A stretch of 63,988 nucleotides of DNA, the filler included, from Ionaspis alba (Eukaryota): NCBI GenBank assembly GCA_964255285.1. It is 5 parts of 5 records of this genome, joined end to end, with 100 filler letters (N's around TTAATTAATTAA, not from the genome) between each part and the next. Parts side by side here need not be neighbours in the genome. Positions count along the whole stretch, not along the records: positions 13,035 to 25,963 come from CAXUUL010000484.1; positions 26,064 to 38,980 come from CAXUUL010000485.1; 3 more parts are not named here. One strand, 5' to 3'. Made by a program: the position numbers and the translations under genes. Under the pieces are notes generated by a model, which had not been told where the DNA came from, ran no database searches, and saw only the letters and a list, made by a program, of their open reading frames with translations. Shown in pieces: positions 14,285 through 27,763 of the stretch (its first letter is position 1; every line of letters starts with the position of its first letter).

Positions 14285-15425
14285 TCAACTCCGACCCCAA
14301 TCACCTCCCTTCAGCCTCTCCAAAATCTCCTCCTCTGCCTCCACCAACCCTCCAACGGTGCTTCCCAACCCGCTAGGTCCCGGATCCATGAATGCCTCCA
14401 CCTTCCTCACCTGCCCCTTCCCAACCTCCAGGATAAACCCGCCTTCAACCTTGACAATCTTCGAGCCCCGCTCCCCACCATCCGGGGCAGGCGCCCGATC
14501 ATCCAGCACCTCGATTTCCTCCCGCTCGACTAGATCTACCATCTTCTCCGCCACCCACTCTGGTGTCACCCATTCATCTAGTTTACCGATGAGCTTCATT
14601 TTCTCGGGGGCTTCTGTCCAAAGAGGGGTCTTGATGACGCCTGGCGCAACGGCTGTGACTCTTACTCCAAGCCGTTTGTCCAGAGGTGCGAGGGTGCGTA
14701 CGAATCCATTGATGGCGTGCTTGGTCGCATTGTAGATTGGAGCGACCATCGGAGTCGCTTGTCCTGCTATGGATGAAATATGAATGATGCTACGAGGGTT
14801 TTGAGGCGAGACTGGAGGTCGAGAAGACTTCTCTCGGGACGTGAAGTGTGCGAGAGCGAGCTGAGTCGTGCGTATTGGATGGACGAGGTTGATGTTGAGA
14901 AGGCGGTAGGAAGACGATGAAGGATCATCGGTCGAGGGAGGTTTGCCTGGTGGATACCAGAAGGTGGACCATGGCTAATGATCGGATTTAGCATGTTGTG
15001 CTTCGTATACTACGGTGTGTCATAGAGTATAGCTGTCCAATTGTAACTGTAAAGAGCAACGAACAGGATCATAGACGCCAGCACCGGGGCACACAACGTC
15101 TGCACCGCCGAAATGCTCGTCTGCTGCTGAGAACATGTTCTCAAGTTGTGACCAATCGGTAACGTCGGTTTTCTGGAAGAGCGCGCGAGCAGGTGCACGA
15201 GAAGGGCTTGAGTGGGCAGCGACGAGCTCTTGAGCTTCGGGGCGGAGGGAGAGGTCGGCAAGAATGACGTTACATTGTTTACTAAGAAGGAGACGGGTGA
15301 AAGCGAGATTGATGCCTGTACCCCAGGTTAGGGTTCAAGAAGTATTCTGGTTGGGCATCTGTAAGGTTCTTGCCTGAGCCAGCGCCGGTTACAATGGCGG
15401 TTCTGCCAGCGAGAAGGAGAGCCAT
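14285..15425 (-). CDS. Short-chain dehydrogenase/reductase (15-hydroxyprostaglandin-dehydrogenase-like)
   Basis: Spliced: AIVTGAGSG|INLA (TGxxxGI), VCPGAG, IIHISSIAG, catalytic YNATK, VAPGVIKTPLW. Confidence 0.93.
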
Positions 15426-15808
15426 GACATGCAGCTTGAGTGTGATTCAATACTGTGCTTAGGTGGAAGCCACCATTCACAAAGGTGGAGCATATTTATC
15501 GCATATACAGCTAATGACGTCTAAACCATGGACGAGCTGTGCGACGTCGGCTCTGGTAAACTTCACTAATCGTCTCTCCGAGCTCAATATCACAGAGTTT
15601 CTGTCCGACGAAATCTGCCACATCTGAGTAACATTTATCATACTATGAAGATCTCTTTTTACAATCGATGAATTTTCTGGGTGGATAAGACTTCTTTATC
15701 ACGAATGAAAGATTTCACCTAGATACAAATTCGAGGTTGAACCTAATCTCGTCGTCCACGTTCGTCGTTCACGTTCATCATCCATCCCTTGCAATTTCGT
15801 TCATCTCT

Positions 15809-17214
15809 TCATGCTTTTGAGATCTTCTCCTTGAGGATATCCTTCAAGGTAATAGCATCAGCAGCAAACTTGGAAATACCCTCTCGCAACTTCTCGACGG
15901 CCATTGTCTCTTCGTTAAAGTCGAAGCGGAAGAGAGCCTCGTCGCTGAGGTAGCTCTTTTTCTCGATGTCGAGACTCTTTGCATCTTCGGCATTCAGCTT
16001 CCGTGGAACCTTGTCTGTCGAGTTGTAAAGAGCCTCCAGAAGATTTGGCTGTGTAGAGCGTGATCAGTTTCGAGAACACGTGGCACGCGAATTATGAAAG
16101 ACTTACCGCGATGGTCAGGTAATCACAACCAGCCAATTCCGTAATTTCCCCTACGTTCCTGAAACTGGCACCCATGACAATGGTCTTGTACCCGAACTTC
16201 TTGTAATAGTTGAAGATACTTTGGACACTGTGGACACCGGGGTCTTCGTGGGGAGCGAAATCCTTCTTCATGGATGCCTTGTACCAATCCATGATCCGTC
16301 CGACGAAAGGAGAGATGAGATAAGCACCGGCTTCAGCTCCAGCAATGGCCTGGACGAGCGAGAACATGAGAGTCAAGTTGCAGTTGACGCCATGCTTCGA
16401 TTGTAGAATTTGAGCGGCCTGGATACCCTCCCACGTTGAGGCAAGCTTGATGAGGATACGCTCTTTGCCAATACCGATTGATTTGTAAAGCTAGAGCAAT
16501 TAGTTTTGTGAGCCGTTCTTTGAGGCCAGCCAACATACGTCGATGATGTGAAGAGCCTTCTCTACGGAAGCTTTTGTATCGAAGGAGAACCTGGCATCGA
16601 CCTCTGTTGAGACTTTGCCGGGGACGATCTGCAGAATCTCCTTTCCAAATTCCACGAGCAACCGGTCCAGAGCGGAATCAACTTGGTTGGCAAGATCACT
16701 GCCCTACGAACACTTTTAGTGCAACGACATTTGATGGCATCTACAGCCGTAGAGCTGTTATATCCACTGACATGCTCCTTTCCATATTTTACAGCGACAT
16801 CCATCAACTTAGCGTACTCGGGCTTTTTCGATGCCGCAAGGATGAGAGAAGGATTGGTGGTAGCATCTTGAGGCTTGTATTTGTCGATGGCTTCAAGGCA
16901 TTAGAAATATTCGATAGGACGATCGAGGAGAAGCTTGGGCTTGAGGTGAGAGGGTAGGGGTAGCATACTTGCAAAGTCACCTTCGGCATTGTTAGCGCAA
17001 GCCTCTGAATGAGGTACCTGCTGATAAGAGCTGCTTACCAGAATCGCAAACCACAGTCTATTCGATGAAAATGCAGCTGTCAGCCAATGCCTAAGTTCCT
17101 CGTTTTCTGCCGCAGTCTGCCGCGGCGTCCTATCTTTCTGAACGAGAGCGTTCCAGCAGGAAGGGAGCTACGCACCGTGCCTAAGGCTTTAAGTTGTTCC
17201 AGAGAGCTCGTCAT
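15809..17214 (-). CDS. TAL1: Transaldolase
   Basis: [103 protein letters not shown]. Includes 19-nt and 12-nt microexons. Confidence 0.98.
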
Positions 17215-18085
17215 GGTGATGTGAAGTTGTGAAAGAAATCGAGAGATTTTGCGAGTAAGCAATGGGAAAGTTTAATGGGAAAGTCTGAAGTTGAGGTGTT
17301 TTTGTAGCTGTTGGGTGCCAAATAAGAAAAACAACCCCACCACCGTAGGGAATAAGGCCGAGCAAAATTGGTGCGCCACGGGGGGGCATCCGCTCCAAGC
17401 ACAAACGGTTGATGCATAATGATGACTAAGGCGCCATCCTATTCTCCAGACCGAAACCCCGCCAGTGGTCAAATTGTGTTACTATTATCAATGCAGCGAT
17501 TTTTTAAAGGCAAAGACTAAAGGACGCCCCAACCAGGGATGAGACATCTCCTAAGGTCCGAAAAGTCCCAAAAGAAGACAATTTGCTTCATTATCGATGC
17601 GAAACTCATTCAGGGCCCAAAATATTTGGGAAGAGTATGACCTAGCCACTGAAACATGAATGAATGACTGGAACGGAAAGTATTCTATTAAGATTTGTTT
17701 TCTCGTAGTCAAGCGCGTTGCCATTGCCCCACTAGCCCAAAGTTTTCGTGAAACTGATACCTCCTAGATACTGCACTGCTTGGGCTGAGTTATCTCCCCT
17801 GATACTGAAAAACCTTCTCTCGGGGGCCCTTGCTCAGGATGTGTAATTGTTTAGCCATTAGCCTTTCAAAACTGCTAAAACTTCTGCAATACTATGTCCG
17901 AGTATCGTTACGAAAATCCAGCTACAACAATACAATTAGGCTTTCGCGGTGGAACACCCATCGAAGGTCCCAGGTACTGAGGCAGGACTCTTCTCGAGGT
18001 ATCCATCCGTCGACTGATACTAGATACGTGTCAATTAGAGTTGCAGGAGGCGAGAGAATCCTAGTTTGTACGACAACAATGTCCA

Positions 18086-19162
18086 TCAATTGCTCCCTCT
18101 AGCAATCATCATGTTCTCGACGCCTAGTGCAAATCTGCCGCAATCAGTCGCAAAACCCCACGTCTTCGCAGCATTGAACTCGACGCAATCCTGTGCGAAA
18201 GAAGGGCTCGTAGTCCCGCATGCATCACTCAACAAGATGCAATCCCATCCTTTTGTAAAGGCGTCCTGCAGGCTTCCGGCAACACATTGGTCCGTGTTTA
18301 CACCTGCAAAGAGTAGGGTCTTGATTCCCTCCCGCTCCAGGAAATCCGTACAAGGCGTTTTCGTGCCCCATAATCCTGACATCCTGTTTTTGTGAATCCA
18401 GACATCGGGGGTTTTGTCCAAGTTCCGCCCTTCCTGATAAGATTTGTCCAGAGCAGGCGGCAGGGCTGCATTCCAGGTATCACGCATCAGTAGTCTTCCT
18501 CCATCAATCGTTGTTCCATCCTCAAGTTCAACGGGTCCTATTTCACTTCCAAGGCCTTTGTATATCCGCTTCGGTTTCCCGTTTTCCGTCACATCTTTCG
18601 CCTCTGCAGCTTTCCTGTCAGCCTCCCTAGTCCCATCTGCGTCAACCCGACTAGGACCATAAGCGTCAATCGTTAGTGTGGCTTCTTTCGTGCTGTCTTT
18701 CTTCAAAGTCGATTCGAATCCAAAAGCTCTGCGGGTACTGGGCGGCATTGCATCAATGTCCTTCTCTGTAAGACCCCAATTCAACCATATTATCCTTATT
18801 CCTACTTTTCGCGCCGCCGGTATGGCGCCATCCAGTAATCGTCGTCCTGCTCGGTTGCCCGCTCCATTAGCGGCACGACCAAGGCAAGTTGACAAGAAGA
18901 AGTTTTGCATGTCTATTATTACAAGCGCTGTTAGGGATGGTGATAACAGTACGTCTGAGGTATTTGTGGGAAGCCTAATTGAGGCATCTGGATAGGGAAT
19001 GGTAAATTTAGGGGGGCTTGGTCGCGTGAGGTCGAAAGTTGGTGGCGAAGGGCTATGAAGCCAATGATTTGGAGGTGTGCCAATAACAGTTCGAGAACTT
19101 GAAACGTCGTCAACATCCGCTTCTGGGTGAGACGGATGGGGGTCTATATCTTCCGCAGTCAT
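18086..19162 (-). CDS. Isochorismatase-family cysteine hydrolase
   Basis: ALVIIDMQNFF (Asp), HKNRMSGLW (Lys) and LLFAGVNTDQCV (Cys) form the catalytic triad. Single exon; first ATG at 19162. Confidence 0.92.
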   Translation of the reverse strand: MTAEDIDPHPSHPEADVDDVSSSRTVIGTPPNHWLHSPSPPTFDLTRPSPPKFTIPYPDASIRLPTNTSDVLLSPSLTALVIIDMQNFFLSTCLGRAANGAGNRAGRRLLDGAIPAARKVGIRIIWLNWGLTEKDIDAMPPSTRRAFGFESTLKKDSTKEATLTIDAYGPSRVDADGTREADRKAAEAKDVTENGKPKRIYKGLGSEIGPVELEDGTTIDGGRLLMRDTWNAALPPALDKSYQEGRNLDKTPDVWIHKNRMSGLWGTKTPCTDFLEREGIKTLLFAGVNTDQCVAGSLQDAFTKGWDCILLSDACGTTSPSFAQDCVEFNAAKTWGFATDCGRFALGVENMMIARGSN

Positions 19163-20215
19163 AGCTTTTGAGAAATGAGTGAAATGGCTGGGTGTATGGA
19201 CGGAGGAAAAGGGGCGAAGCTTGATATACAAAAATATTTCATAAGAAGACAGCGGAAGAGACGAAAAGTGATTCCATTAGCGGAGAATTTCTACCCCGCA
19301 GGAAGATAACGAGTTTCCATATCGCTCCTGAAAGGGCAGGTCTGCTGAAAATGTCATCAGGGTGTTGATAGCCATCTTCATGTACCACTGGCTACTATGT
19401 GGAGTATAATTTGACCAGACTGTCGCCTTGAACATAGAGCAATCCAGTTGAGCTGGTTTTAATGCACGCGTAAGGTCGAGTTTCTTCCGTAATGCCGTCA
19501 CATGAGTGTCCCGCAATATACGTGTTCGAAATCTTTCAAGTACTAGTAGAGGTTTTTGAGTGATGAAGTTGTCAGGCCAAGGGTCTGGCTTTGCTAATGG
19601 CTGAATGGATCAACCGTGGCTCGAGTGAACAAGGGGATTGAGGGGCACAAAGTTCAGAACGAAGCCGATAATGCCAAGATATCTCAGCCCTATTGACAGC
19701 CCTGCCAGGATACGTACTCCAGCGCGGGACTGCCATGCAACTGAACAACGGAGATTGAATGTAGAGATCCTGCATCTCAGATCTGGGTAAGCTTACTGCT
19801 TTCTGGACCGGGATTCAAGATCTTGACTATCCACAGCATCAATTTTGTGACTCGACCTTTGCGATTGGGCTGAGCTGGACTACCTGGACCACTGGAAGCC
19901 TCGATCATGTCAGATCGATTGACCCTCTGCCCAACACCATCGACGTTGCGCCGATCATAAGTCTGAGAAGAGCAATCTCCAGAGTGAACAAAGGAGGATG
20001 CGCAAGCTTGCTAGCAGGGATCTGGAAGAACCATTTGTTGGCACCTGAGATCGGTACAACGGACCTCGAATGACTTTCATTGAAGGGCCAGCCTTGATTC
20101 CGAGCTGGAAGCTGAAGCATCACTACATTTGGTCTGTTATTGTCCCCGACAATCCTTAGCTTACGCGCCGTTATCGAAAAGGACACTACACGCAAGTCGG
20201 ACCACAAGATAATCC

Positions 20216-23200
20216 ATGGCGTACAATCAGAATGGGCAGGGCTTCTATGGTCAATACAATAGCTCTCAAGGGCCCTTGGAGCCACCCTATCAATATGGAA
20301 CCTACGTGCATAACCACCAATCGGACATGAGGAGGACATCGAGTTTTGATAACGGAGACGATAGAGCCCAATTTGCAGCCGACCATAGCGCAACATACCG
20401 CACGGGCAGTACCGCAAGCATACAAAATGAAGAATTATTCATGGGAGCTTCTGGCACAGTCATGAGGAACAATTCGAGCGGTTCCGCAATGAGCGGGGCC
20501 TACCAGCACCAGGGTTCTCTCCCACCAGGTCAGAGCCCACTCTCGAGTTATAATCCTCAAGAATATGCTCGATCATCAGCTCCATACACTCCGCAGAACT
20601 ATGGTAGTACAGGTACCAGTCCTAATCCTGGACATCTACCCTACGTCCCTGCCGCATACCAAACCACTAATGCGCCTCAACATGTGGGCTACGGCTACCC
20701 TGCCCAAGAGTCCTATCAGAGTCCACATCCACCTCCCTTACCCTACCAAGCGCCTTCACATCCTCCTCCCATCCCGCCCAGACCATACGAGCAACCCTAC
20801 GGTCGTAGGCTATCACATTCTTCGACAAGCCGATATTCAGAACCTTCCCATCGAAATTCACCACTTCCCCAATTGCCTGGCTCATCCCCTAGTGCTTCTG
20901 GATATACTCCCCCAGCTCCTCCTCCACCTCCTTTCTCGCCGATTCGCGATGGCTTTCCGTCCCACGGCCAAGCCGCATCACCAATGCGCCCATATATACA
21001 TAATTCATCCAATTCGCAGTCTCCAAATCCTCAGTATGATACTAGCAGACAACCTAACATGCATCAACTACCTTCTCTGCCAAACTATTCTGCCGCGGAC
21101 GAAAGCATTACTTACGCCCCTCCAGTTCGACAATCATCCTTCCCTCGGCCCTCCCCTGGAGCCTCCCTGCCATCTTCGCCAGCACCAGTACCTCCTCAGC
21201 ATTCGCCCCAGCGCACCAATACAACTGGCCGTCACCCAACTGCCCGACCACTTCCCGGTCCTCCGGCGCCTAGCGACAACAATCCAGATTATTTTGGTTC
21301 ACAGAACGGAAGTAGTCAGGAAGGAGACGATGGTTACATTTACGATGATATCATGAAAGAGGTCGAGGAGGCAATAATGGGGCGAACTCCAAGCACGACT
21401 GCAAGCAGAACGAGTCCACGAGTTGGAAGGATCACACACCAGCCTCAAATCAACGAAGAAGAAGAGCCTCGACCACTCTTCTCGGGAAGTTCTTATGCTA
21501 GTATCACGCCGGACTCAAGCAACAGCCACACCAATGGGATAGGTGGTAGCGGCTCAGGAATTGATGTCAATTATAGTGCTTACAGTGATGACAGTGATGC
21601 AGAGGCTGCTGCAGGTCTTGCAGCCATGCAAATGGCTGAAGAGCAGGAGGCTGCAGATGCTGCCCGCAGATTCAGTGGTAACACTGCAGTCCAAAGCCTG
21701 TACGGATCACAACGCAGCTCTAGGCCGGCAGAGCAATCAGCAGACTTGAGTAGCGACAGTGACGTACCAGTGGATATGAGTACTTATGGTGGAGGTTTTT
21801 CAGGAAATATCAACTACCACTATGGCAACGAGCTTACCAGTCCCTCTCACGCAGGTGATGCATTGGACAGGCAATATCAAGCTCCATCATCAAGCTCGCT
21901 TCGAAGATCGAACTTGTCCAACGAAGTGCTTCAGATGCCTCAGGCCGATTATTTCGCAGCAGACGATGATTTCATTCATCCTTTTCCATCATTTGGTGCA
22001 AGAGTTGATACAGGGGGTACGGGTGGTTTCTCGGAACCAGGTTCCCACCCACGGCGTTTGAGTTTCGAGGACGGGGATGAAGCAACGCTGGTAGATTACG
22101 ACATATCAGCCGCGCCGAGTCCTGCGAAGGATCCGATGGCATACACATCCTCATACCCGGCACGAAGTGCTAGTCGCCCACTTCCACAAGTACCCGGATT
22201 AAATACGGTTGACTACTATCGTTCAAGACGTCAGCTAGATCAGTCTGGAAAACTGGTCTATCCTATCGCTCCCGATGAATACGAACAAAGCTATACACCA
22301 TCTGGCACCCCAGTGCAGAAAGCGAACTCCATAGGAAGCCATAGTACTACTCCACTCGTCGTTCCTCCTGGCCGCTCAATCACGGATGCAGAACAGCGTC
22401 GGAGACAGCAGCAACTATCAGGAACTCGGAACAGTGCTTCCTACGACCCCAATTCTGGCCCCGATGCTATGCTAAACAGTAATGAAAAACTTGGAGACAT
22501 TGATCTTCCTTCAATTCCTGCGGGCAAGCGAAGAAAGTTTATTCCTTCCAAACTATCTACCAACGATTTCAAGAGTTGTACTGAGCCATGGGCACTTAGC
22601 TCGATCCTCGCTTGGATCAAAGAGATGACCGATGGCGAATCGGACTTGAAGGAGAATGCGGTGATTGATGGCATCGTGGCTCTCTTTACCCATAAAGTGC
22701 CTACTATGAACACTGCCGATGCGGAGGTCATCAGTGCGTGGGTTGTAAAATCTTTGTTCGAAGCAGGGGCACTCATCAAAGAAGAAGAGTGGGTCAAGTT
22801 GGGTACAAACCCAGTGTCTGGTGTTCTGTATCAGCTTACCGGCACTGGCTGCTATTCGTCAAGAGTCCACACCTCGACAATACCTGGCAGGTGCTATTCA
22901 CATCATTGCATGCGAACCTTGAAGAAGATCAATTTGCAGATCCAGACCTTACAACCACGGCGTAAGGCTGACGATTGGGTCACTTTCTACAAGCTCAAGA
23001 AAGAGGATATCGAAGGCCGCCCGAAGAAGGAGATTGAACGACAAAACGTTCTTCATGAAATCGTTACAGGAGAGGAGCTCTTCATAGATTCCTTGAACGT
23101 CTTACTCATACTGTACCGAGGAGGATTGGCGAAGTCGTCACATGCAATTATACCGCCGAAAAAGCTGGATGCATTCTTGACTGACGTTTTTGGAAATGTT

Positions 23201-25570
23201 GAGGCAGTCAAGACCGCCAACGAGAGTAATCTACTTGCTGGACTGAAATGGCGTCAACAGGAAGAAGGTCCTTGGATCAAAGGCTTCAGTGACATCTTTC
23301 GGGAGTGGATACGAAAAGCTCGTGAGCCTTATATTGCATATGCATCGAATCTACCCAATGCGACACTTCTCGTGCGAAGGGAAGCCGACCGGAATGCCAT
23401 GTTTCGACAATTCCTAGCACAAATGCAGGAGAATGAAAGTTCCCAGCGGCTTGACTGGTCCCATTATTTGAAGGCTCCTATTACCCGGCTCCAACGCTAT
23501 GGTTTGTTGTTGACCACAGTACTCAAGAACACTCCGGAGGATAGTCCAGAGAAAAGCAACCTCCTCAAAGCCATGGAGGAGATCAAGGCAGTCACCTTGG
23601 AGTGTGATGCTCGAGTGGCGGAGAACACGAAGCAAGCAGAACTTGCCGATCTTGCTCGCAGACTCAAACTCAGACCGGGTATGGAAAAGGTACAGCTCAA
23701 TCTAACCCATTTGGGGAGAGAGGTCATCTTCCAGGGCGATCTGCAAAGGAAAGGAAATAATAAAGTAAGCTGGCTCGAGACTCATGCGATACTCTTCGAT
23801 CACTACCTTGTGCTGGCCAAGTCCATCCAGCAAAGGGACGCTGCTGGCGGATTGAAACATGAAGTCTTCGACGTCTCGAAGCTGGTGAGTAGAATTTACT
23901 TGACAGACTCCACTTCCCTCCCTTCGCACTGCTGACTTCTTGAATAGCCAATACCTATGGACTTACTTGTCCTCGAAAGTACGAACGACGATCCTGTGGT
24001 CAAGTCTTCCGTGAAAGGTATTGCTTCAGTATCCACCGTTACAAGCCGAGCGCAAACTCCGCAAGAGATGCGCCTTGGAAGAACAGTATCAAGCCAGACC
24101 ACTGGTACTGGAGGTCCTGGAACACTCACGCATACTAGTACTAGCTCTTCGGCAGTCTCGACGGGCACCAATGGAAGCAACAGAACCCTCACGACAACCA
24201 CAATCCTAGATTCCCCTAACGAGAAGATAATGTATCCCTTCCGTGTAAAACATCTCGGCAAGACAGATGTCTACGTCTTGTATGCGCCTACGGCCCAAAA
24301 TCGACAGGACTGGTGTGATAAGATCATCGAAGCCAAGACACGGCATGCCGCATCATTGTTCGCCCAAAACGCCGAACCTTTTAGACTACGAGTTGTGGCA
24401 GACACTGCCTTTTCATACGACTCCATGTCTGGAGGCCAGAAGAGCATAGTCATTCGGGGCACTCCTCTCGACCGCGCCATCAGAGAGGTGGAGAAAAGAT
24501 TCGATGGACTTGGCGAAGCACCACCTACCGTCTGCAGAGCTACGGTCAATTGTGCAACGGCGTTCCAACAACCACAACTACAAGGGCAGCCACCCGGAAA
24601 GCACATGATCGCCGTGGGCACCGACTTTGGTGTATTTGTCTCCGAGTATGACAACCCTCGCGGCTGGGATAAAGTCATTTCATCTACCCGTGTGACTCAG
24701 CTTGCAGTGCTTGAGGAGTTTTCGTTGTTCCTTGTTATCTCAGACCGATCCCTCATAGCACATCACCTTGACGTCGTATGTCCAGCAGGGAAAACTACTA
24801 CTCGTACTTCCGAGTCGTCTGGTCGCCGAGCACCTCAAAAACTCTCAGGCAATCGAGATGTGGGTTTCTTCGCACATCGGCGTATGAAAGACAGGACTCT
24901 CGTCTTCTATAAGAAACGCGAAGGTATCTCTTCAACCTTTAAAGTACTAGAGCCTGTCTACCAGAAATCATCCACTTCATCCAGAAATCGCCTTGGGATG
25001 AGGAAAGGCACTACGGAGTTCTTTAGAGATTTCGATGACTTCTACATCCCGAGCGAAACCTACACTATCAATCTCTTCCAGACAAGCTTGGCTATTGCAA
25101 CAGCGAGAGGATTCGAGGTCTTGACATTGGATAAAAAGGTACCGTTCAGCATTCCGGATCTCAGAGCCCCTGAAGTCGCCTCCATTGCGGCTCGCATCCA
25201 GGGTCAGAAACCTTTGGGCATGTTCCGGCTCTCAGACAACGAATTCCTGCTCGTCTTCGAGGAAGTCGGCATCTACGTTGACAAGCATGGTGAGGTTTCT
25301 CGGGCTGTCGTCCTGGAATTTGTAGGGAAAGCTCGACAGGCTGTTTTATATGGAAGTATGTACCTAATACTGGTGGATACGAACGCCGGATTCGTGGAGG
25401 TCAGAAATGCTGTGAATGGCAGATTGCGGCAGGTCGTCAGCGGAAAGGATGTGCGGTTACTGGACGATGGGGCCAACGGGGGGACGGTCAAGATCTGCAT
25501 GCAGCATCCAGAGATGGAGAGAAGTCAGCTTGTGCTGGAGATGATTGTGAATGAGGGCTTGAAAGAATAG
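20216..25570 (+). CDS. Rho guanine-nucleotide exchange factor with DH-PH-CNH architecture (Rom2/Tus1/Rgf3 family)
   Basis: Pro/Ser-rich N-terminus, DH domain (EIERQNVLHEIVTGEE..YLKAPITRLQRYGLLL), PH domain (ILFDHYLVLAK..PIPMDLL) and CNH domain (VTQLAVLEEFSLFLVISD..). One 63-nt intron at 23885-23947. Confidence 0.93.
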
Positions 25571-25963
25571 TGGGAGCTGATTATGATATCGAAGGAGGGT
25601 TCATTTGCTTATGTCGCATGGGCTTCGTCGAATGATTTTGTTTTGCTGTTATGTGGAGAGGATGTTATTGAGATTCATGACGGCTTGGATGGTGTTATTG
25701 TTCGTCTCTATCTGCATTCTATTTGGTCTAAGGAGGCGTCCATGGCCCATCAGCAGCGCTCGGATGGAGTTACATGGGACGGGAATAATTTGAAATTGCT
25801 AGATTTGTTAATGCCCATGGGCACTAATCTATGATCAAGACTTGCCTCCAACTTTGGGCTTACAAACTGTGGCCTGCATATGTGCTACGTTAATCACCCA
25901 GATACAACGGCGATGGCACCTCGGACCAGGCTTGGGCTCTATCTCCGAATCCCGATTACTAAG

Positions 25964-26063
25964 NNNNNNNNNNNNNNNNNNNNNNNNNNNNNNNNNNNNN
26001 NNNNNNNTTAATTAATTAANNNNNNNNNNNNNNNNNNNNNNNNNNNNNNNNNNNNNNNNNNNN
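25964..26063. other. Artificial scaffold linker (44N-TTAATTAATTAA-44N)
   Basis: Same cassette as at 12935. Confidence 0.95.
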
Positions 26064-26589
26064 CAGTTGCAGCTCAGTGCACGCCCTTAGCGTTGTTATC
26101 ATCCTCCTCCACTTGAAGAGATATATTGGTCTTTATGTGTCCTAGATCATGTCCTTCTTGTACGTTCTTACCGTAGAGACCACATTATCAGCATTTTGTC
26201 CACATTTCGTCTCCTCTATGCTTTGCTGTTTACCAGACCCAGCTTGCTCATTACTACCATATCACTATCTATCTATTAGATACTGCAAGTACTTTCTGTC
26301 CGGTACGAGATCCTGCCTCGCGCGCGAAAAGACATCGTTTTCCTCCGTGGCCATTCGATCTCCCGACACATCATACTTTTCCAGATACAACATTATCTTG
26401 GCCCATACGCCGACGTTCGGCCACAAAATTGACCGAGGATACCCTCCTTCCGCGAGACAACCATTGACAGAAGTGATCCATCTTCCCAGCGCCCAGCGGG
26501 CACTCTCTTCCTTCCTTGTGGTCGTGCTGAAACTATAGCATTTAAAACTTTGTCTATATTTGCTCTCAGCAATCCTTCACAAGAGATTA

Positions 26590-27186
26590 ATGGTTTCCCT
26601 CAATGATTCGAGAATGCAATTCTTATGTGACAGATGGCCATTGATCCTCGCAGCATTCGTTCTGGTTACAGCTTGGTTCCTCACCTGGGTTGTTGGTCCT
26701 CCCTGTGTCTCCGGCACAATGATGGCTGTGTTCTCCTTCGTATGGTGGAATGTGCGTGGAGACGATCGAACTAGACCCTTGACTCTATGGACGTAAGTCT
26801 TACCTAACGTGGCACAAATACAGCTGACGTGAGTGGTAGAATGTTTCTTCTGGGACTAGTCTTCACCCTGTGGTATGGCCAACTCAAGCTCAAGGATCAT
26901 GGCATATCCGCCAGGTATACGTAGCGGTGGACTCAGTGGCTTTCCTTGTTGACTAACTTGATCCAGTTCCATCTTATTGATCTTGTTCTCCGCTCTTGTT
27001 TTGGACATTTGGCTCGTCAAATTCATGGCTGTCGTGCCGTCAGCCCGCGAGGACAGTGTCATTGGCGTCTTTTTGCCTTGTCTTAGCTCGAGCCTTACGT
27101 TTTGGTGCCATTGCATGCCGTTCTTTCGTCGTTGGAGTATTAGAGTAGACCATGCAGAGAGGGAACATGGCGTTGAACTGTTTTAA
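26590..27186 (+). CDS. Putative small multi-pass membrane protein, 165 aa, no family recognised
   Basis: Exons 26590-26792, 26840-26914 and 26967-27186. Introns GTAAGT..GCTGAC..TAG (47 nt) and GTATAC..CTAAC..CAG (52 nt) join in frame to a stop. About 4-5 hydrophobic segments. Confidence 0.6.
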
Positions 27187-27763
27187 CGTAATCATTTCGA
27201 TATATCCATGCCGAAGCATACGGGTAGAGAATGGGAATATCTGCTCGTTGCGTTCTTAGAAAGCGACGATGATGACGAATACCGCGAATGTGTTCAAGCG
27301 GGGTTTTATGAAAGTCAGTTCTTCTCGCGACAGTAAAGTGTCGCCATAAGAATTTTTTTTCGTAGACGCTCGTGGCAGATGAAGAGACACTTATTTCGGT
27401 GCATGAATGCCTAGTAGAACAGCGATGAAGGGTGCCTAATGCAGTCGCAAAGAACTTCGCGCCATGACTGATACATCCCTCTTAGACTGCCCCAACGAGG
27501 TAGGTATATTTGTCAAATGGTGGAGCAAAGAGGCCAGAATTAAATTATCGGACTTTCTCCCTAACTGACCATCCAGATATCCATCCCGCCAATGCATGCA
27601 ATTAGCCCTCCTACGTAAGAAGGATAATGCGTATACAGCCTCGATCTCCGCATCCACTGGCGTGTCCATTCAGATGCGTTCCATCATTGAGCTATCATGG
27701 TACCATATCACTCTATGTCCTGGCTTCACAAGTATCCCTACCTCTGGCTTTGCGCCCTGGGTA

